This document shows positions 1 through 12,977 of a DNA stretch of 64,000 nucleotides, piece after piece. The translations under genes and the position numbers were made by a program. This stretch comes from Octopus vulgaris. Taxonomy: Eukaryota. Every line of letters begins with the position of its first letter. Position 1 is the first letter of the stretch. Location of the stretch: the NCBI GenBank assembly GCA_951406725.2, contig OX597816.1, positions 132,618,001 to 132,682,000 on the forward strand, in the 5' to 3' direction. The notes under the pieces are model-generated. The model was given only the letters and a program-made list of their open reading frames with translations. It had not been told where the DNA came from and made no database searches.

Positions 1-540
1 CTATTGTGGTCACACCATTTTTCTTTCTGGCTTTACAGTGTAAGCATGGCCACTCCACTAGCAATGTGTACCAAAGAAAGGCAAAGAGCAGTGATCCAAG
101 AGATGGTAATGGTGAACCGGTTCACCATTACCAGCTCTCAAACTTGCTGAATTTTCTTTTCACTGGTGGAGGTTGATGGGCGTCCTGTCCCCTCTTAATG
201 CATCACACTTGTCCAGTCACTTTTAAACTTCTTGATCCACCACACAGTAGTGCACTATCCCTTTATTGTACTAAAAGCCTCCGATTAATTTCAGCACCTG
301 ACACACCTTTTGACCAGAGAAATCGGATCACTGCTCTTTGTTTTTCTTTGGTGCACATTGCTAGTGGAGCAACCATACTTATGCTGTAAAGCCAGAAAGA
401 AAAATGGAACAATCTGGCTAAAACTTTGATCACATGACTGCAATAGTACCAACTATAAGCACTCATGCACAGACGACATTGTGACAATAGTAAAGATACA
501 TTATGGTGAAAGGGCAGATAATTCTTTACCTTCCCTTGTA
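1..540. mobile_element. Non-autonomous mariner-derived fold-back element (left end outside window)
   Basis: 15-100 is the inverted copy of about 325-410; the minus strand encodes a mariner N-terminal HTH (CTKEKQRAVIRFLWSKGVSGAEINRRL); it ends in a mariner-like TIR ...ccttcccttgTA. Confidence 0.75.
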
Positions 541-773
541 CATGTGTTTGTGAGTATATGTCTATATATTTATGTGTAGGTGGGTGTACGGCTGCATGCT
601 TAGGAAACTTGCTTCCCATCCTCATAGTTTTGGGTTCAATCCTACTGCACGGTACCTTGGGCAAGTATCTTCTACAATCACTTTGGGCAGACCAAAGCCT
701 TTTAAGTGGACTTGATTGATGGAAACTGAAAGAAACCTGCTGTGTGTGAGTGTATGTGTTTTTATATGTGTAC

Positions 774-806
<33 letters not shown>

Positions 807-807
<1 letters not shown>

Positions 808-1705
808 CTGAAGTTTGATAAATAAGTATCCGGACTGTTACCATAGTAACAAAGCTAAAGCACACAGAGTGAAACCGCTTGGCAAAGATTGACCTTGAAC
901 TCTGCTGTGCATGTGCACTAAGTTTTAACATTCTAGCTCACTTCCACTGTTTACAGCAGTACTTGGAAGGAAGGTGTGTTGCATGTGAATATCGCATTGG
1001 CCATGACAAAGAAAGCTGTCATGGTGATACCTGCTCAGAGGCCTACGCAAAGTTGCAGAAAGTGTATGGAGACGAGTGTATTAACTGTGCGCAAGTGTAC
1101 GAGTGGTTCAGATGTTTCCAAAATGGCTGAAAAAATGTCAATATTGACAAATGTTCTGGGAGACCTGCAACCAGCAGAACTGAGAAAAATGCTGCAGATG
1201 TGCATGCAGCTGTGAGGGGAAATTGTCTAATCACCATCCATGAGTTATCAGAGTATGTGCAGATTAGTTATGGTTCAGTTCAGTCCATTATCACTGAAGA
1301 TTTGCATATGAGACATGTGTCTGCCAAGTTTGTGCCAAAACTGCTTTTAGCTGACCAAAAAGACACTCTTGTTTCAGTTGCACAAGATCTCCTTGATTAT
1401 GTTGAGAATGATGAAAACTTTTTGAAAACTTTGCATAAGCCTCTAGGCAGATATCGCCAAGCTTTTGGCAACATTTGATGCAGATTCTCTGCTCAACTTT
1501 CTCTGTCATGGTCAATGCAATGATCACACGCTACACACCTTCCTTCCAAGTACTGCTGTAAACAGCAGAAATGAGCTAGAACATTAAAACTTAGTGTGCA
1601 TGCACAACAGAGTTCAAGGTCAGTCTGTGCCAAGCGGCTTCACTTTGCATGCTTTAGCTTTGTTACTATGGCAACAATCCGGATACTTATTGATCAGACC
1701 ACGTA
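807..1705. mobile_element. Non-autonomous mariner element with long inverted arms
   Basis: About 200-bp terminal inverted repeats; decayed transposase N-terminus (KLQKVYGDECINCAQVYEWFRCFQNG; SAKFVPKLL = WVPHEL-like motif). Confidence 0.85.
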
Positions 1706-2768
1706 TGTACATATATATATATATGCAGTTATGTATATCTGCATGTTTGTGTCTCCTTATCTTGGTGTTGCATGTTAGTTGTAAATGAGTGTCACTGTCA
1801 TACAAGCAGTGTAATTCAATACTCTGGAAAATATGTCTGGCTATGGGGAAATGTCACCTTATTTAGAAGCAGGTGGTAGTTGGTGAAAGGAAGGGCTTGT
1901 GGCCATAGAAAATCAGCCTCAATAAATTCCATCTGACCCATGCATGGAAAAGTGGATGTTAGAATGATGATGATGATGATGGTGGTGGTGGTAGTGCCGG
2001 CGACGGTGGTGCGTGTGTGTGTGTGTAACCATAAGTACTTATATAAAAAAATTGTGATCCTGTGCTGAAGCTAGAAATCATTATTGCTTGTTACCCTGTA
2101 AGATTATATTTTTATATGAAAATAAACTGAAAATATGAAAGATGAGGAACATTTCCAATCAATTTGGATGTTATTATTGACTAGAAGCCCCCCTTGCAGC
2201 CTCATGGTTCTAGGTTAGATACCACTATGCACCAGCTTGGGCAAATGTCTTCTGCTGTGATTTTAGTTTGCCTAAGGCCTTGTGAGTGGAGTTTGGGCAG
2301 TGGAAGCTGTGCAGAAATTCACCATGTGTGTCATCATCATCATGATCAGCTCATTTTACATCGACTTTCCATGTTGGTATGGGTTGAATCGGTCATTATA
2401 GTCCAAGTGCGTTCATTTTCAGAGTTACTGCACTTTTAGATGGGCTAGAGGACCATATCACACTCAGACATTCTATTCTGGCATGGTTTCTAAAGCTGGA
2501 TGCCTTTCCTAACACCATTCACTTTCCAGCATGAACTTTGTGTATTTTGTCGTGTCACCAGCACTAAAGTGGTTGTCATATGCTTGACAAGACATCAAAG
2601 AGAGAGAGAGAGAGAGAGAGTGAAAAAATAATGAAGGTAGGGAGTATTGAATACAGCTAAACCCAGTGCAGTCCCTTGTTACACAGGTGTCTTGATGAAA
2701 AGAATAAAGAGTAATGATAGAGTGTAAAAGTGTAAAGGGATTCAATATGGAAGGGCATTGAATATGGT

Positions 2769-3135
2769 GCTGCTTGCTTGATGGGGCTGGGGTCATCCCA
2801 GGTTGGTGGTCACAGAGATGTCATCATATGTAGAGCTGACCAGGTCCACCAGTGCTCTCCTTTGCTGGTGGTCTTGTGCCAGCTCCTCTGCATCCTCCAA
2901 GGTGAAGTTGAGCCTCTGGAGATCTTTCTTAATTACATCCATCCTGAAAAAGCTCAACAACCACAAAGCCTCTGGAATCTGCATTATCAATCATGTATGG
3001 GTGTCAGAGCAACTACCAAATGACTGGACCAGGAGCATCATCCTCCCCATATGGAAACAGAGGGACAACAAATTTGTCTGCAGCAACCACAGGGGTATCA
3101 CTTTCCTCTCCATCCCAGGCAAGCTCTTCACCAGG
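2769..3135 (-). mobile_element. RTE-like LINE insertion, 5'-inverted, with 12-bp TSD
   Basis: ATTGAATATGGT at 2757-2768 and 3136-3147; minus-strand C-terminus/3' tail plus plus-strand pre-RT fragment PNDWTRSIILPIWK...CSNHRGITFLSIPGKLFTRI. Confidence 0.8.
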
Positions 3136-5704
3136 ATTGAATATGGTCAGAGCAAATAATTTCCCACATTACTCAGGCATCATATTACAATGAATAGGCA
3201 AGTGAGTGATACATGAGAAGGTAATGAAGAAGCAAATGTATGGAAAATTAACCTCTTTCAGCAGTGTCATTTGAAACAGCTATTTTGCCATGTCTGCATA
3301 TATAGTATACATGAATATGTATGCATTTGTATATCTTTCACTGAAGTATATTGCATAAGATGTAGACATCAGTGAGAAAAACATAAACCGGTGCTTTCAA
3401 ATGAAAATAGCCTGTGGTATTTGTTCCACCCAAGTGGAACAGATAATCTCTTGTCACTGTTGTTCTTAGTAATGCAGCAAGCAAGTAGTTGCCTCTCTAG
3501 AAGCCTGTAACCAATGATGCTGTTGCAACTTAACATTATAGAAATTTATCACTTTTACTGATCAGTAAAAGTAATATAAAAGTGACAATTTCTATAGTGT
3601 TTCAGTTGGTCCTGTCATCAGCTCATGTCTTATCTAATTACTATAATCAAGTAATTAAGGGATCTCTTTCTTCATTCTGCAGCATCTTTGGCTCTTATTG
3701 AATGAATTAGGATACTGCAAGCCAATGAAGAATCATCTACACAATCACTCAACCTGTTAGAAACAAAAGTCAAGTCTCCTTCAAATCATACATGGCAACA
3801 ACGGTGGCTAATTGCAAAAGCTTTCAACTATTATTATTAAATGGGATAATGGTGGTGGTATTTCTTTCTTCTTTTTTTTTTACCTTTTAATCTTTTCCCT
3901 GTATAAAATAAAAGAATAATTAAATTTGTAATTTTATTTTACCATTAAATAAAGCACTTTTATTTTCAGTTAATTTAATCTGACCAGCAAGTTCTTTCCC
4001 CACCTTCCTTTGATCTTTTATCTTTCATAACATGTCCAACCATTTAATTTGAACAAAGTATGATGTATTGTTTTTATGCATTGTTTTGGATATGACTGTT
4101 TTTCTGTTTGGTAATGTTTGTTACTTTTCATTTGCTCTGTGGCACTAACTAATTTTATAGCCTGTGCTGTTTGAAATACCGTTTTTATGTTGATATTGAA
4201 ATATTATGCTTAAATGTATGCTACTACAATATGGAGTAATCTTTTACAAAAATACATATATAAATATATCAAATAGGTGCTTCTCATGCATGCTAAATTC
4301 TAAGATTAAGTAATTAGTTATTCAGTAATATTATGTAGTCAGTTTAATATCAGTGAAGATGAGATGACTAAGTGGATAACATATAAAGACTGTCTATTCA
4401 TAAGTCATGCATTCAGATCCAATTTCATTTTGTTTCTGGAGAGAATACCTTATTCTACAAATCTCAGATCATTAAGCTGTTGCGAAGTTTTAGAAAATCA
4501 TCCTAGAAAATACTTATGATATACTGTTGTTTCTTCATCTACTTAATGCCTTGAAATTGGAACTACACACTGCTGACATTAATATTTGCTTTGAATTAAT
4601 ATTATATTTATGTCACTCTTTTATAAGTGGTTTTTTTTTTCCTATCTAAGGGAATATAATTCCTATTTTTAAGGAAAGAATTCATAACAATTTGGTTACA
4701 AAAGAAATAAAATATTGTTGAAAAAAGATTAATATATTTTGACAAAAGCAAAGAAAGGTTTCAGGGTGGAATTTTTGTATTATAATTTTACTTCAATTTA
4801 GTAGTACTGAAGAATTAAGATTTTTGTTTTTTAAATCTCAAAGTAATTTCTATATTGAAGATATATCACCCCATAAATTGAAGTGGCCATCTAGAACAAA
4901 TTCTAATTTTATATTTATTAAAGCTGAACATGTCTCTAAATTCTCCATTTAAATCTCTCAGAGATTGGAATGTATTCTGGGTAAGCAATATATCTATACG
5001 CATGTGTTCATGTACACGCACACACATGCACATGGACCACAGAAACAGAAATGCCTTGTTATGTGTAAACTATCACTGTGTTAGTGCCTGGTTCTTGCCC
5101 GATTGTAAATAGTTAGAAAGACTATATATTCCAGGATTTGACTGGTCTTCACACTCTGTTGTTGAATTTGTACTAACTTCACACAAGTGTTTCTATTACA
5201 ATATTATTGTTTTATAACTGAATATCCTGTTCCAGAAATTATGCATATAAGAGCACTTTTTTCATTACTTATTGATAATTAATTTCCTTTACAAATATTA
5301 ATATTGGCTATTTTTGTTCTCATAATTGTTATTTCACTGAAGTGAGGTTCATTTATTGAGATGAGGGGAATAATATTATGAATATTACACTCCACTACTG
5401 TGTCTTTTAGATTGTACCTTGCTTCTTTGCTGGATATTGATTTTACTCACTTTATTCAAGAAGAGGTGGTGGATGACAAATGCACTGTAGTGTAATCAGT
5501 AAATGTGGAAGACATGCAAACAATAAGGCACATTGTCTAAACTTTGTCAGTGGAGTTGTGTTTTGTCTGTGTCAAGCTGGTGGTGCTTATAATGTCCAAT
5601 ATTATTTACTTAAGTGTTTGTTGCAAATGTCTCTGTTGCTTAGCAATGGACAGACGTTTTTCACTGTTAATGAAATGGCTAACGTAATCTGCCATGTTTT
5701 CTAG

Positions 5705-5815
5705 CATCGAGCAACAGATGAACCAAAATACAAAGGAGAGAAACAGCTGAAGCCTAAATCCATGAGAGTTAAAGATGCTGCTGAAGAAGTCCTTACGTGT
5801 ATTATTGACCAAGTG
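5705..5815 (+). CDS. RALGAPB: RalGAP beta subunit, internal coding exon (first found in window)
   Basis: ctag|CAT...GTG|gtaaa; HRATDEPKYKGEKQLKPKSMRVKDAAEEVLTCIIDQV matches the RALGAPB motif SMRVKDAAE-x-LTCI as I recall it. Confidence 0.9.
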
Positions 5816-5898
5816 GTAAATTTATTTCAATGATATATTATTTTGTTTTCTTGGTACCTATTAATTGATTATGAATTAACTTACAAGGTTTTAATCTA

Positions 5899-7097
5899 TT
5901 GGGTCATCACATGAATAATGCAGTTTTTTCAATTGCATGATCTAAAAATCAGAGGGGGATGGGATAAACTACCTGCATCAACTTGCTATAACAGCAGGTA
6001 GTAATTTTACCTTGTACTTATTCTTAATGCAAGTGACAAAGAATATTCGGCATATTTTGCTTTATGAGTTCAATAAAGGCAACAACACAACAGGAAGTGC
6101 AAGGAACATTGATGCAGTATATTGGGATCAGACATTAAGCATAAGCCAGTGTCACTGGTGGTTCCAAAAATTCTGAGCCAGAAACTGCAGCCAAGAAGAT
6201 GAGCCTCGTCCTGGAAGATCTGTAGAGCTTGACAAGGACATCCTGCAAACCCTGGTGAAACAAAATCCCATTGTAACTGTTGAGGAACTAGCAGAGAAGC
6301 TTGTATTTGGTCATTCACCCATTCATCAACAACTGCGTGCCATTGGAAAAGTTAACAAATTGGGTCAGTGGGTTCCTCACAAACTTTCCAAGTTTAATCG
6401 CATGCAGAGAGTGAATGTGTGCTCTTCTTTACTGTCACGTCTCTCAAATGAAACGTTTTTGAACTGAACAGTGACTGGTGACAAGAAATGGGTTCTTTAT
6501 AAAAATATCAAGTGCCGAAGATAGTGGGTAGGGAAAGGAGAAACATTAGTACCCCAGGTTAAAGAAGGTCTTCATCCACGTAAGGTGTTGTTATCTGTTT
6601 GGTGGGATATGAAAGGTTTAGTCCACTTTGAACATTTAAACCCAGCTTGAGTGGCTTAAGTCAGCACTAGAAGAAAAACAACCATCTTTAGTTTCGAGAT
6701 AAAAAATGTTCTTCCATCAGGATAATGCTTGGCCACATACAGCGAGTATGACATTCCAAAGGCTGGAGCAGGTTGAATGAGAAACAATGCCCCACCCGCC
6801 ATATTCGCCGGACATTGCCCCATCTGATTATCATTTATTCCTCAGTTTTCAGAATCATTTGGATGAAAAACAAAAATGAATTCTGTAGACAAGGTCAGAA
6901 CAGTAGTGGAGAAGTAATTTTTGTCATGGGTAAGTGAATTTTGGAAGAGGGGCTTTGCATGTCTACAAGATAGATGGAAGAGCATTGTAGAAAATGAAGG
7001 AGAGTATATTTTAGATTAAAAAAGAACTTTGGTTATCTTAATTTTGAAAAATAAAAGAAGTATAAAAAAAAAGCAAATTATTTATGGGATGAGCCAA
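5899..7097 (+). mobile_element. Near full-length decayed mariner (DD34D) transposon in a RALGAPB intron
   Basis: TA-flanked TIRs TTGGGTCATCACATGAATAAT / ATTATTTATGGGATGAGCCAA; motifs WVPHKL, VTGDKKW, HQDNAWPH, PPYSPDIAPSDYHLF, with stops and frameshifts. Confidence 0.92.
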
Positions 7098-7207
7098 TAA
7101 ATCATATCAGATATTGTACGCATAATTTTGGTAGCATCCCCATCATTTGCCACCTACTAAAAAATAAGCAAACCTTATACAAATTTGCAATAATTTCTTG
7201 GTTTCAG

Positions 7208-7385
7208 GGAGCATTTCCACCTCCATGTGGCCCAGAATCCTTGTTCTCTTTACTTGATGAGCAGTCTCTTCTTAAATATGCTAAAAATACTTCCTCACAT
7301 GACCAAGGTTCACCATTCCGTTACTTTGTGCTTGAAAACTCAATAATTCTTGCACTCTTAGAACAGCCACTTGGAAACTTAGAAG
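7208..7385 (+). CDS. RALGAPB: RalGAP beta coding exon
   Basis: ttcag|GGA...G|gtaag; GAFPPPCGPESLFSLLDEQSLLKY...FRYFVLENSIILALLEQPLGNLE; in phase with neighbours. Confidence 0.93.
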
Positions 7386-7485
7386 GTAAGATGTTACAGT
7401 ATCTTTTGTTGATCAACATCATCAAATATTAACAAGGATTTAACTGATTTGGATAATAATGATTTTGTTTAATGCCTGTTTTACA

Positions 7486-7522
<37 letters not shown>

Positions 7523-8554
7523 ACTTCAATAATTTATAATATGACTTTTAAAATCTGTATTTGTATTATTATCTTATCTATTGATTTATATAATATTTTG
7601 TATGCTTTTGATGTTCTCATTTGTAAAACGAATAAATAATCTAACATTATAATATCTGTAAATTGATGAACAAACTAAATTTGTTTCTCCATTTGTAATA
7701 TATATATATATATGTATATATACTCACACATATACACACACACAATCAACAAGGCAGTTTCTATATAATCATTTAATTTAATCATTGCTCGTTTCTCACC
7801 TTACTATCTTTAAAATGGAATGTCATCTCAGTAATAAATTATAGGACAGCATCATCCATCATCATCATTTAATATCCATTTTCCATGCTGGGATGGGTTG
7901 AACAATTTTATCAGAGCTGGTAAGCCTTGCGGGGCCATGCCAGTCTCCATTGTCTCTTCATGGTTTCTACAGCTGGATGCCCTTCCTAATGCCAACAACA
8001 CAGAGTGTACTGGAAACTTTTTATGTAGCACTAGCACCAGTGCATTTAATGTGGCACCAGCGCCAGTGCTTTTTATGTGGCACCAACCAAGCTATCAATT
8101 CTGCTATGGCAGACAGATCTTCTTGAGTACAGCAAGGTACCAGATATCTCGGTCCTTTGCCAGCTCCTTTTGCATTCACTACTTTTATCCCATGCCTTCC
8201 TGGGTCTCCTTCGTCCATGGGTTCCAGCCACTTTAAGTGATCAGCACTTCTGTATGCAACTGTCTACATCCATGCAATAATTATGGCATGGCTACAGTTA
8301 GACTAACAATTTATTCTTCCATTGTCTATTTGCATATCATAGAACAGAATTCATCATGGCTGTCTTTCAATGCTTCCTTTTCATCATACACCATTGCTGT
8401 CTCCATACCATTGTTATCTCCATATGATAGAACAGAACTGATCAAAGCTACTAATTGTTTTTAATTTTTTTATTATCAATTAAAATTAAATTTGTTCAAG
8501 TATTAAATTTTAAAAATCTTACTCTTTTATTTTTCTCCTTGTTCTTTAAATTAG

Positions 8555-8646
8555 ATCCATTACCTACAGTAACAGCCCTCATCCGTGGTCCTTTTGGACG
8601 ACATGCCTGGACTATGCAACTTCGACACCAGCCACGCAAAGTAATT
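8555..8646 (+). CDS. RALGAPB: RalGAP beta coding exon
   Basis: ttag|AT...ATT|gtaagt; DPLPTVTALIRGPFGRHAWTMQLRHQPRKVI; a second in-frame donor is possible after 8640. Confidence 0.9.
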
Positions 8647-9614
8647 GTAAGTTTTATTGTTTAGCTGCTCTGCACGTCTTGATCGTTTTGATGCCAGGAA
8701 GAAGCTGCAGCCATTGTTTAGTACCAGTAAAGGCAATCTATTTTAACATGGAAATACTCATATTTTGACTACATTTACTTCATTTTTGTATCTGGTTTGC
8801 AAGATTCTTTATGTGAATTTATGTGTTGAAACAAATTTTGTTGTGTCTAGGGAGAGTCATTACACCAGTATTAATAACATGCTGGGTGTTTTTAATATGG
8901 CACCAGCATGAGCACTTTTACATGATGCTGGCACAAGTGCTTTATATGTGACACTGGTACAGAGTTGTTGCAGGACAATCCTCTTCAAGAAGGAGCAGCA
9001 TTAGCACTTCTGCAGTGGAAAATGGGTGTTCTTGAGTACAGCAAGGCACCAGATATCTCGGTCCTTTATCATCTCTTCTGTAAGGTTCAGTGTCCTGAGA
9101 TCGCCCTTTGGTACTTCATCCCATGTCTTTCTGGATTTCATTTTTCCATGAGTTCCATCCACTTTGATTGATGAGCACTCCTTTATGGAGCTATCAATAA
9201 ATATGTATAATCATTTATCTAGTAAGAGATCGTTAAAGAACTGTAACTAGTTAATGAGAAAGTTGATACAAACCTTTAGATTTATAATTTAAATCAATTA
9301 ATGATTTCATTTTATTTCATATATATAATCAAGGGTTCTGAAAATAGTAATGTAATAGAAATTAAATAACTGCGAAATTTTGGTATTGAAATATATATAT
9401 AATAATAGTTTAGAGATGTTAAACGCATGAAAAATAGTAGTTAGAAGCTAGTGCTATCATATTAAATGTATGGACCTCCTGTATGCGGAGCAGAAGTGCA
9501 AAAAATATCGTTCGTTGAATGAGTGTCTTTTCTTCATTGCATAATTATTTGTTAATTGCTTTTTAATGCTCCCTGCTTTGCTACATTAACTCTAACATAG
9601 CAGTTTATATTATA

Positions 9615-9742
9615 TATTGTATTTGCTTGTGTATAAGTCACACTGTTTTATATTTGATTTTTACTGAAAAAATGGGCTAAAACTATTGAGGAAAAGAAAA
9701 ATTTGTACCTAGGATTGCAACTTATACATAAGCAAATACATA
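9615..9742. mobile_element. Small pogo/Tigger-like MITE
   Basis: Imperfect TIRs tatttgcttgtgtataagt / acttatacataagcaaata; a related element lies at 53802-54012. Confidence 0.5.
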
Positions 9743-9826
9743 TGTGTGTGTGTGTATATATATTTATATATATATATATATATATATCAAACCGTTTTTA
9801 TTTTCTATTTTTCATAATTTCAACAG

Positions 9827-9951
9827 AACAACTCCAAAGCTAATGTTTCTCAGGTTCAACGACCGTTTCCCATGGAGAATGTTGGCTTTAAACACAATGT
9901 AAAGCATCGATATTTTCCTGAGATTGTAGAAACAATTCCTGCAACAAAATT
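9827..9951 (+). CDS. RALGAPB: RalGAP beta coding exon
   Basis: aacag|AAC...TT|gtaagt; NNSKANVSQVQRPFPMENVGFKHNVKHRYFPEIVETIPATK. Confidence 0.9.
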
Positions 9952-10135
9952 GTAAGTAAAATTATTCTGCTCTAAATCTCCAAAAACTATAATCAAGCTT
10001 TTTTTGTTCACCTATTCTCTTCATTTATCTTTTATGTATTTTACTTGTCTCAGTCATTGGACTGCAGCCAAGCTGGGCACCAACTTGAAGAGATTTTAAG
10101 CAAACAACTCGAACCTTGTACTTAATTTCTTTCTT

Positions 10136-10168
<33 letters not shown>

Positions 10169-11247
10169 TTATCAAGTCTGGTACTTATTCTATTGATCAC
10201 TTTTGCCAAACTGTTATGAAGACATAAACAAAGAACACCAATTGTCAAGTGGTGGCACAGGGACAAACACAGATACAAAATCTCACACACACATATATGA
10301 CAGGTTTCCATGCAATTTCTGTCTATCAAATTCACTCTTAGCACATTGGTTGTCTCATGGTTATATAAGTAGAGAACACTTGACCAAAGTAGTATGCAGT
10401 GCCACATGGTTGCAAAGCTAGCTTCTTAACCATGCCGAAGTATCGAACCCACGACCTAATGATAGTGAAACCCAATGTCGTGTGCTTCACTATTCTGCAA
10501 AGTCTCCAAGTAATCATCACTTTCATTATTCTAGAAGTAATAGAAATGTTGCTATCGTTTTGCTATTAACTTTCAAATTCTAAGGGCGATAATTTTTTTT
10601 TATTTGAAGTTAATCCCCTTTGGATACATACATGTGTGAGTGTGTGTGTGTGTAATTGAGGTATGTTAGTGACATCAGATCCCAGTGCTAACATTTATAC
10701 TCTGTTCAACTTGAGTTTGCTGGAATTTTTTTTCAACTTTGCCCTCTTCCTTTTTATTTTGGTCTAAAAATGATGATGGTCTTAGTGAGCAAACAAACAA
10801 CCAACCAACCACTTTGCATTGCAAACTTATGGACTCTCTATTTATTTATTTACTTTTTTATGTAATTACTTTTTATTTTTTTACATTAAGAAGCAGATGA
10901 TGAATGAAAAAAAGAAAAGGCATTGCTTCGGGAGTCAATGTTTTCAGAAAGGCATGAATGCTACAAATTCCCTTATATAGTCTGGAAAAAAAAAATTATC
11001 AGTGTTTAAAAATTTCTATCCCTTTTTTCCCTTATATTATGAAATATCTGGTGAGTGGCCTGGCTAACTAACCCTTTACCATGTTTCTGTTGAAAAACAC
11101 ACTGTTTAATTGAAAATTTAACTGGACACTTTGAAAGAAAGTTTTAATCTAAGAACACTTTATCATCAACCCAGAGACAGTTTCAGGCAATTGGTATTAA
11201 AAGGGTTGAATAAACCATTCCCCAAAATAGTAAGGATCTTGGAAACT

Positions 11248-11776
11248 GTTGGCAAGAAAGTAATTTCGTTTTTCTCAAATAGATAGAGTTATGATTTTTT
11301 TGAGTGACTTTTTTGTTAATGTTTTGACATTTGAAAGTTGTTACGTTTAGCTTTCTTTAGAAGTAAATTGCATGTAATTTTGTTCACAACTGTTAGTTCA
11401 GTGTCAGTTGTAACATGGAGTGCAAAAACAAACTTTTCACCTTATTTTCCATTTTTATTTCTATGAAGGCTCACAAAGAGATATGTGAAGTTTATGGCAT
11501 TGATTGCTTAATAGAATGCACCTGTCAGAAATGATTTTAAAAATTCCGTTCTGGAGATTTTTCACTCAAAGATGACCTAATCAAATCTAAGCCATAATTG
11601 AATCAAGTTATAGCTGTGCGAGAGGTTGCAGAGAGGTTAAATGTATCACACACAACAACTGAAAATCACTTAGAATGTCTTGGACTTGTTAAGAAGCTTG
11701 ATATTTGGGTTTCACATAAATTGAAAGAGAGTCACTTAACACAATGAATTGATATTTGCGATATGCATCTCAAATG
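11248..11776 (+). mobile_element. 5' fragment of a decayed mariner
   Basis: HKEICEVYG...KFRSGDFSLKD HTH region and IWVSHKL motif, frameshifted. Confidence 0.7.
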
Positions 11777-11979
11777 CTCCTATCAAACACACTCATAATA
11801 ATCATTTTGAAATCATGTAATCATCATCATCATCATCATCGTTTAACGTCCGCTTTATTCATTTTCAAATTTTATTTTATTGCTTTGATTTAGACTCACA
11901 CACATACATATATTTTGGCTAAAAATTATTCATTTTACTTTATTAGAGATTTCAGTTTAATAATTTTTATCTTTTACAG

Positions 11980-12162
11980 AGAATTCAGCATTCCAACTAT
12001 GGAGTCTATTGTAACAGAGAAGACTTCATCTGAACTTGAAGTTCTTCGACAGATAATAGACACACAAGTAGCTTTTGAAAATAATATTGCTGAACAGGTC
12101 ACTGAGAAGAGAAAACGTAACTGTCATCAAGTTAACTCCGACACAGAATGCAAACCACCCAA
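11980..12162 (+). CDS. RALGAPB: RalGAP beta coding exon
   Basis: tacag|A...AA|gtaagt; EFSIPTMESIVTEK...DTECKPP; phase 2 at both ends. Confidence 0.9.
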
Positions 12163-12644
12163 GTAAGTTTTGCTGCCAAAAGCAGACTGCCAGTTATTGC
12201 TCTTATCTTAGGAAGTTTCTAAATGAGCAGTGATGAGCTCAACATTTTCCTCAAAGTCTATGCTTCTTTGAAGTACAGACTCTATTTTTATGTCTTAAAT
12301 CGTTTTATAACATGACCCCACCACACCACCACCACCAGAGAGAGAGAGAGGGGAAAAGTTTAAAGTGACCCCTCTTTGAATACAAACACAACAATAAGGT
12401 TTTTAATCCAAATTGATAAGGGAGAAACATTTACATATTTTTTAATGCAAAATGTATGGATGTTTTTTTTTTCCTTGTCTGTTAATTTTAATCATCAGAG
12501 CTATCCAACAACTATTTGATCCCCATGTAACAAAGAAAGAAGAAAAAAACTCTTTTGTTTCTTCATCAACCATGAAAGAATGTTTGAAGGTTTAGAAAGC
12601 AGAGATAAACATTGCTGTGCAAGATGTGTAGTGTTAGTGTACAT

Positions 12645-12977
12645 CAGGTGTTCTCAACAATTTTTTACCTATGGACCTCTTTGATTTCCATTTTCTTCTG
12701 GTGGACCCCTTTGGCCATTCGATGTTTTAAAACTATTTTTGTAGAAACTTCTTTCAAAATTCCTACTTTGTCTTTCACACATTAACTTGGGTAGGTTGAA
12801 CTATGTAAAATATTAGAGAAAAAGAACCTAGATGTTTCTTGCAATACATAACCAATACATACATTTAGAGCAAAATTTTTTCAGGGGCCCTTAAAATACT
12901 ATTCTGGATGCCCAGTATACCATTTTGTTGTATAGACCTCCCAAAAATCGTATGTGAACCCCAGTTGAGAACCACTG
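12645..12977. mobile_element. hAT (Charlie/Buster-type) MITE
   Basis: TIRs CAGGTGTTCTCAAC / GTTGAGAACCACTG; perfect 8-bp TSD GTGTACAT (12637-12644, 12978-12985) with central TA. Confidence 0.9.

Noticed and set aside
5411-5495. Possible extra RALGAPB exon after ttttag at 5410
   Set aside because: No resemblance to the expected upstream RALGAPB peptide (ELGISGSKS-like) and no convincing donor.
5899-7097. Active or SETMAR-like domesticated transposase
   Set aside because: Multiple stops, frameshifts and deletions.
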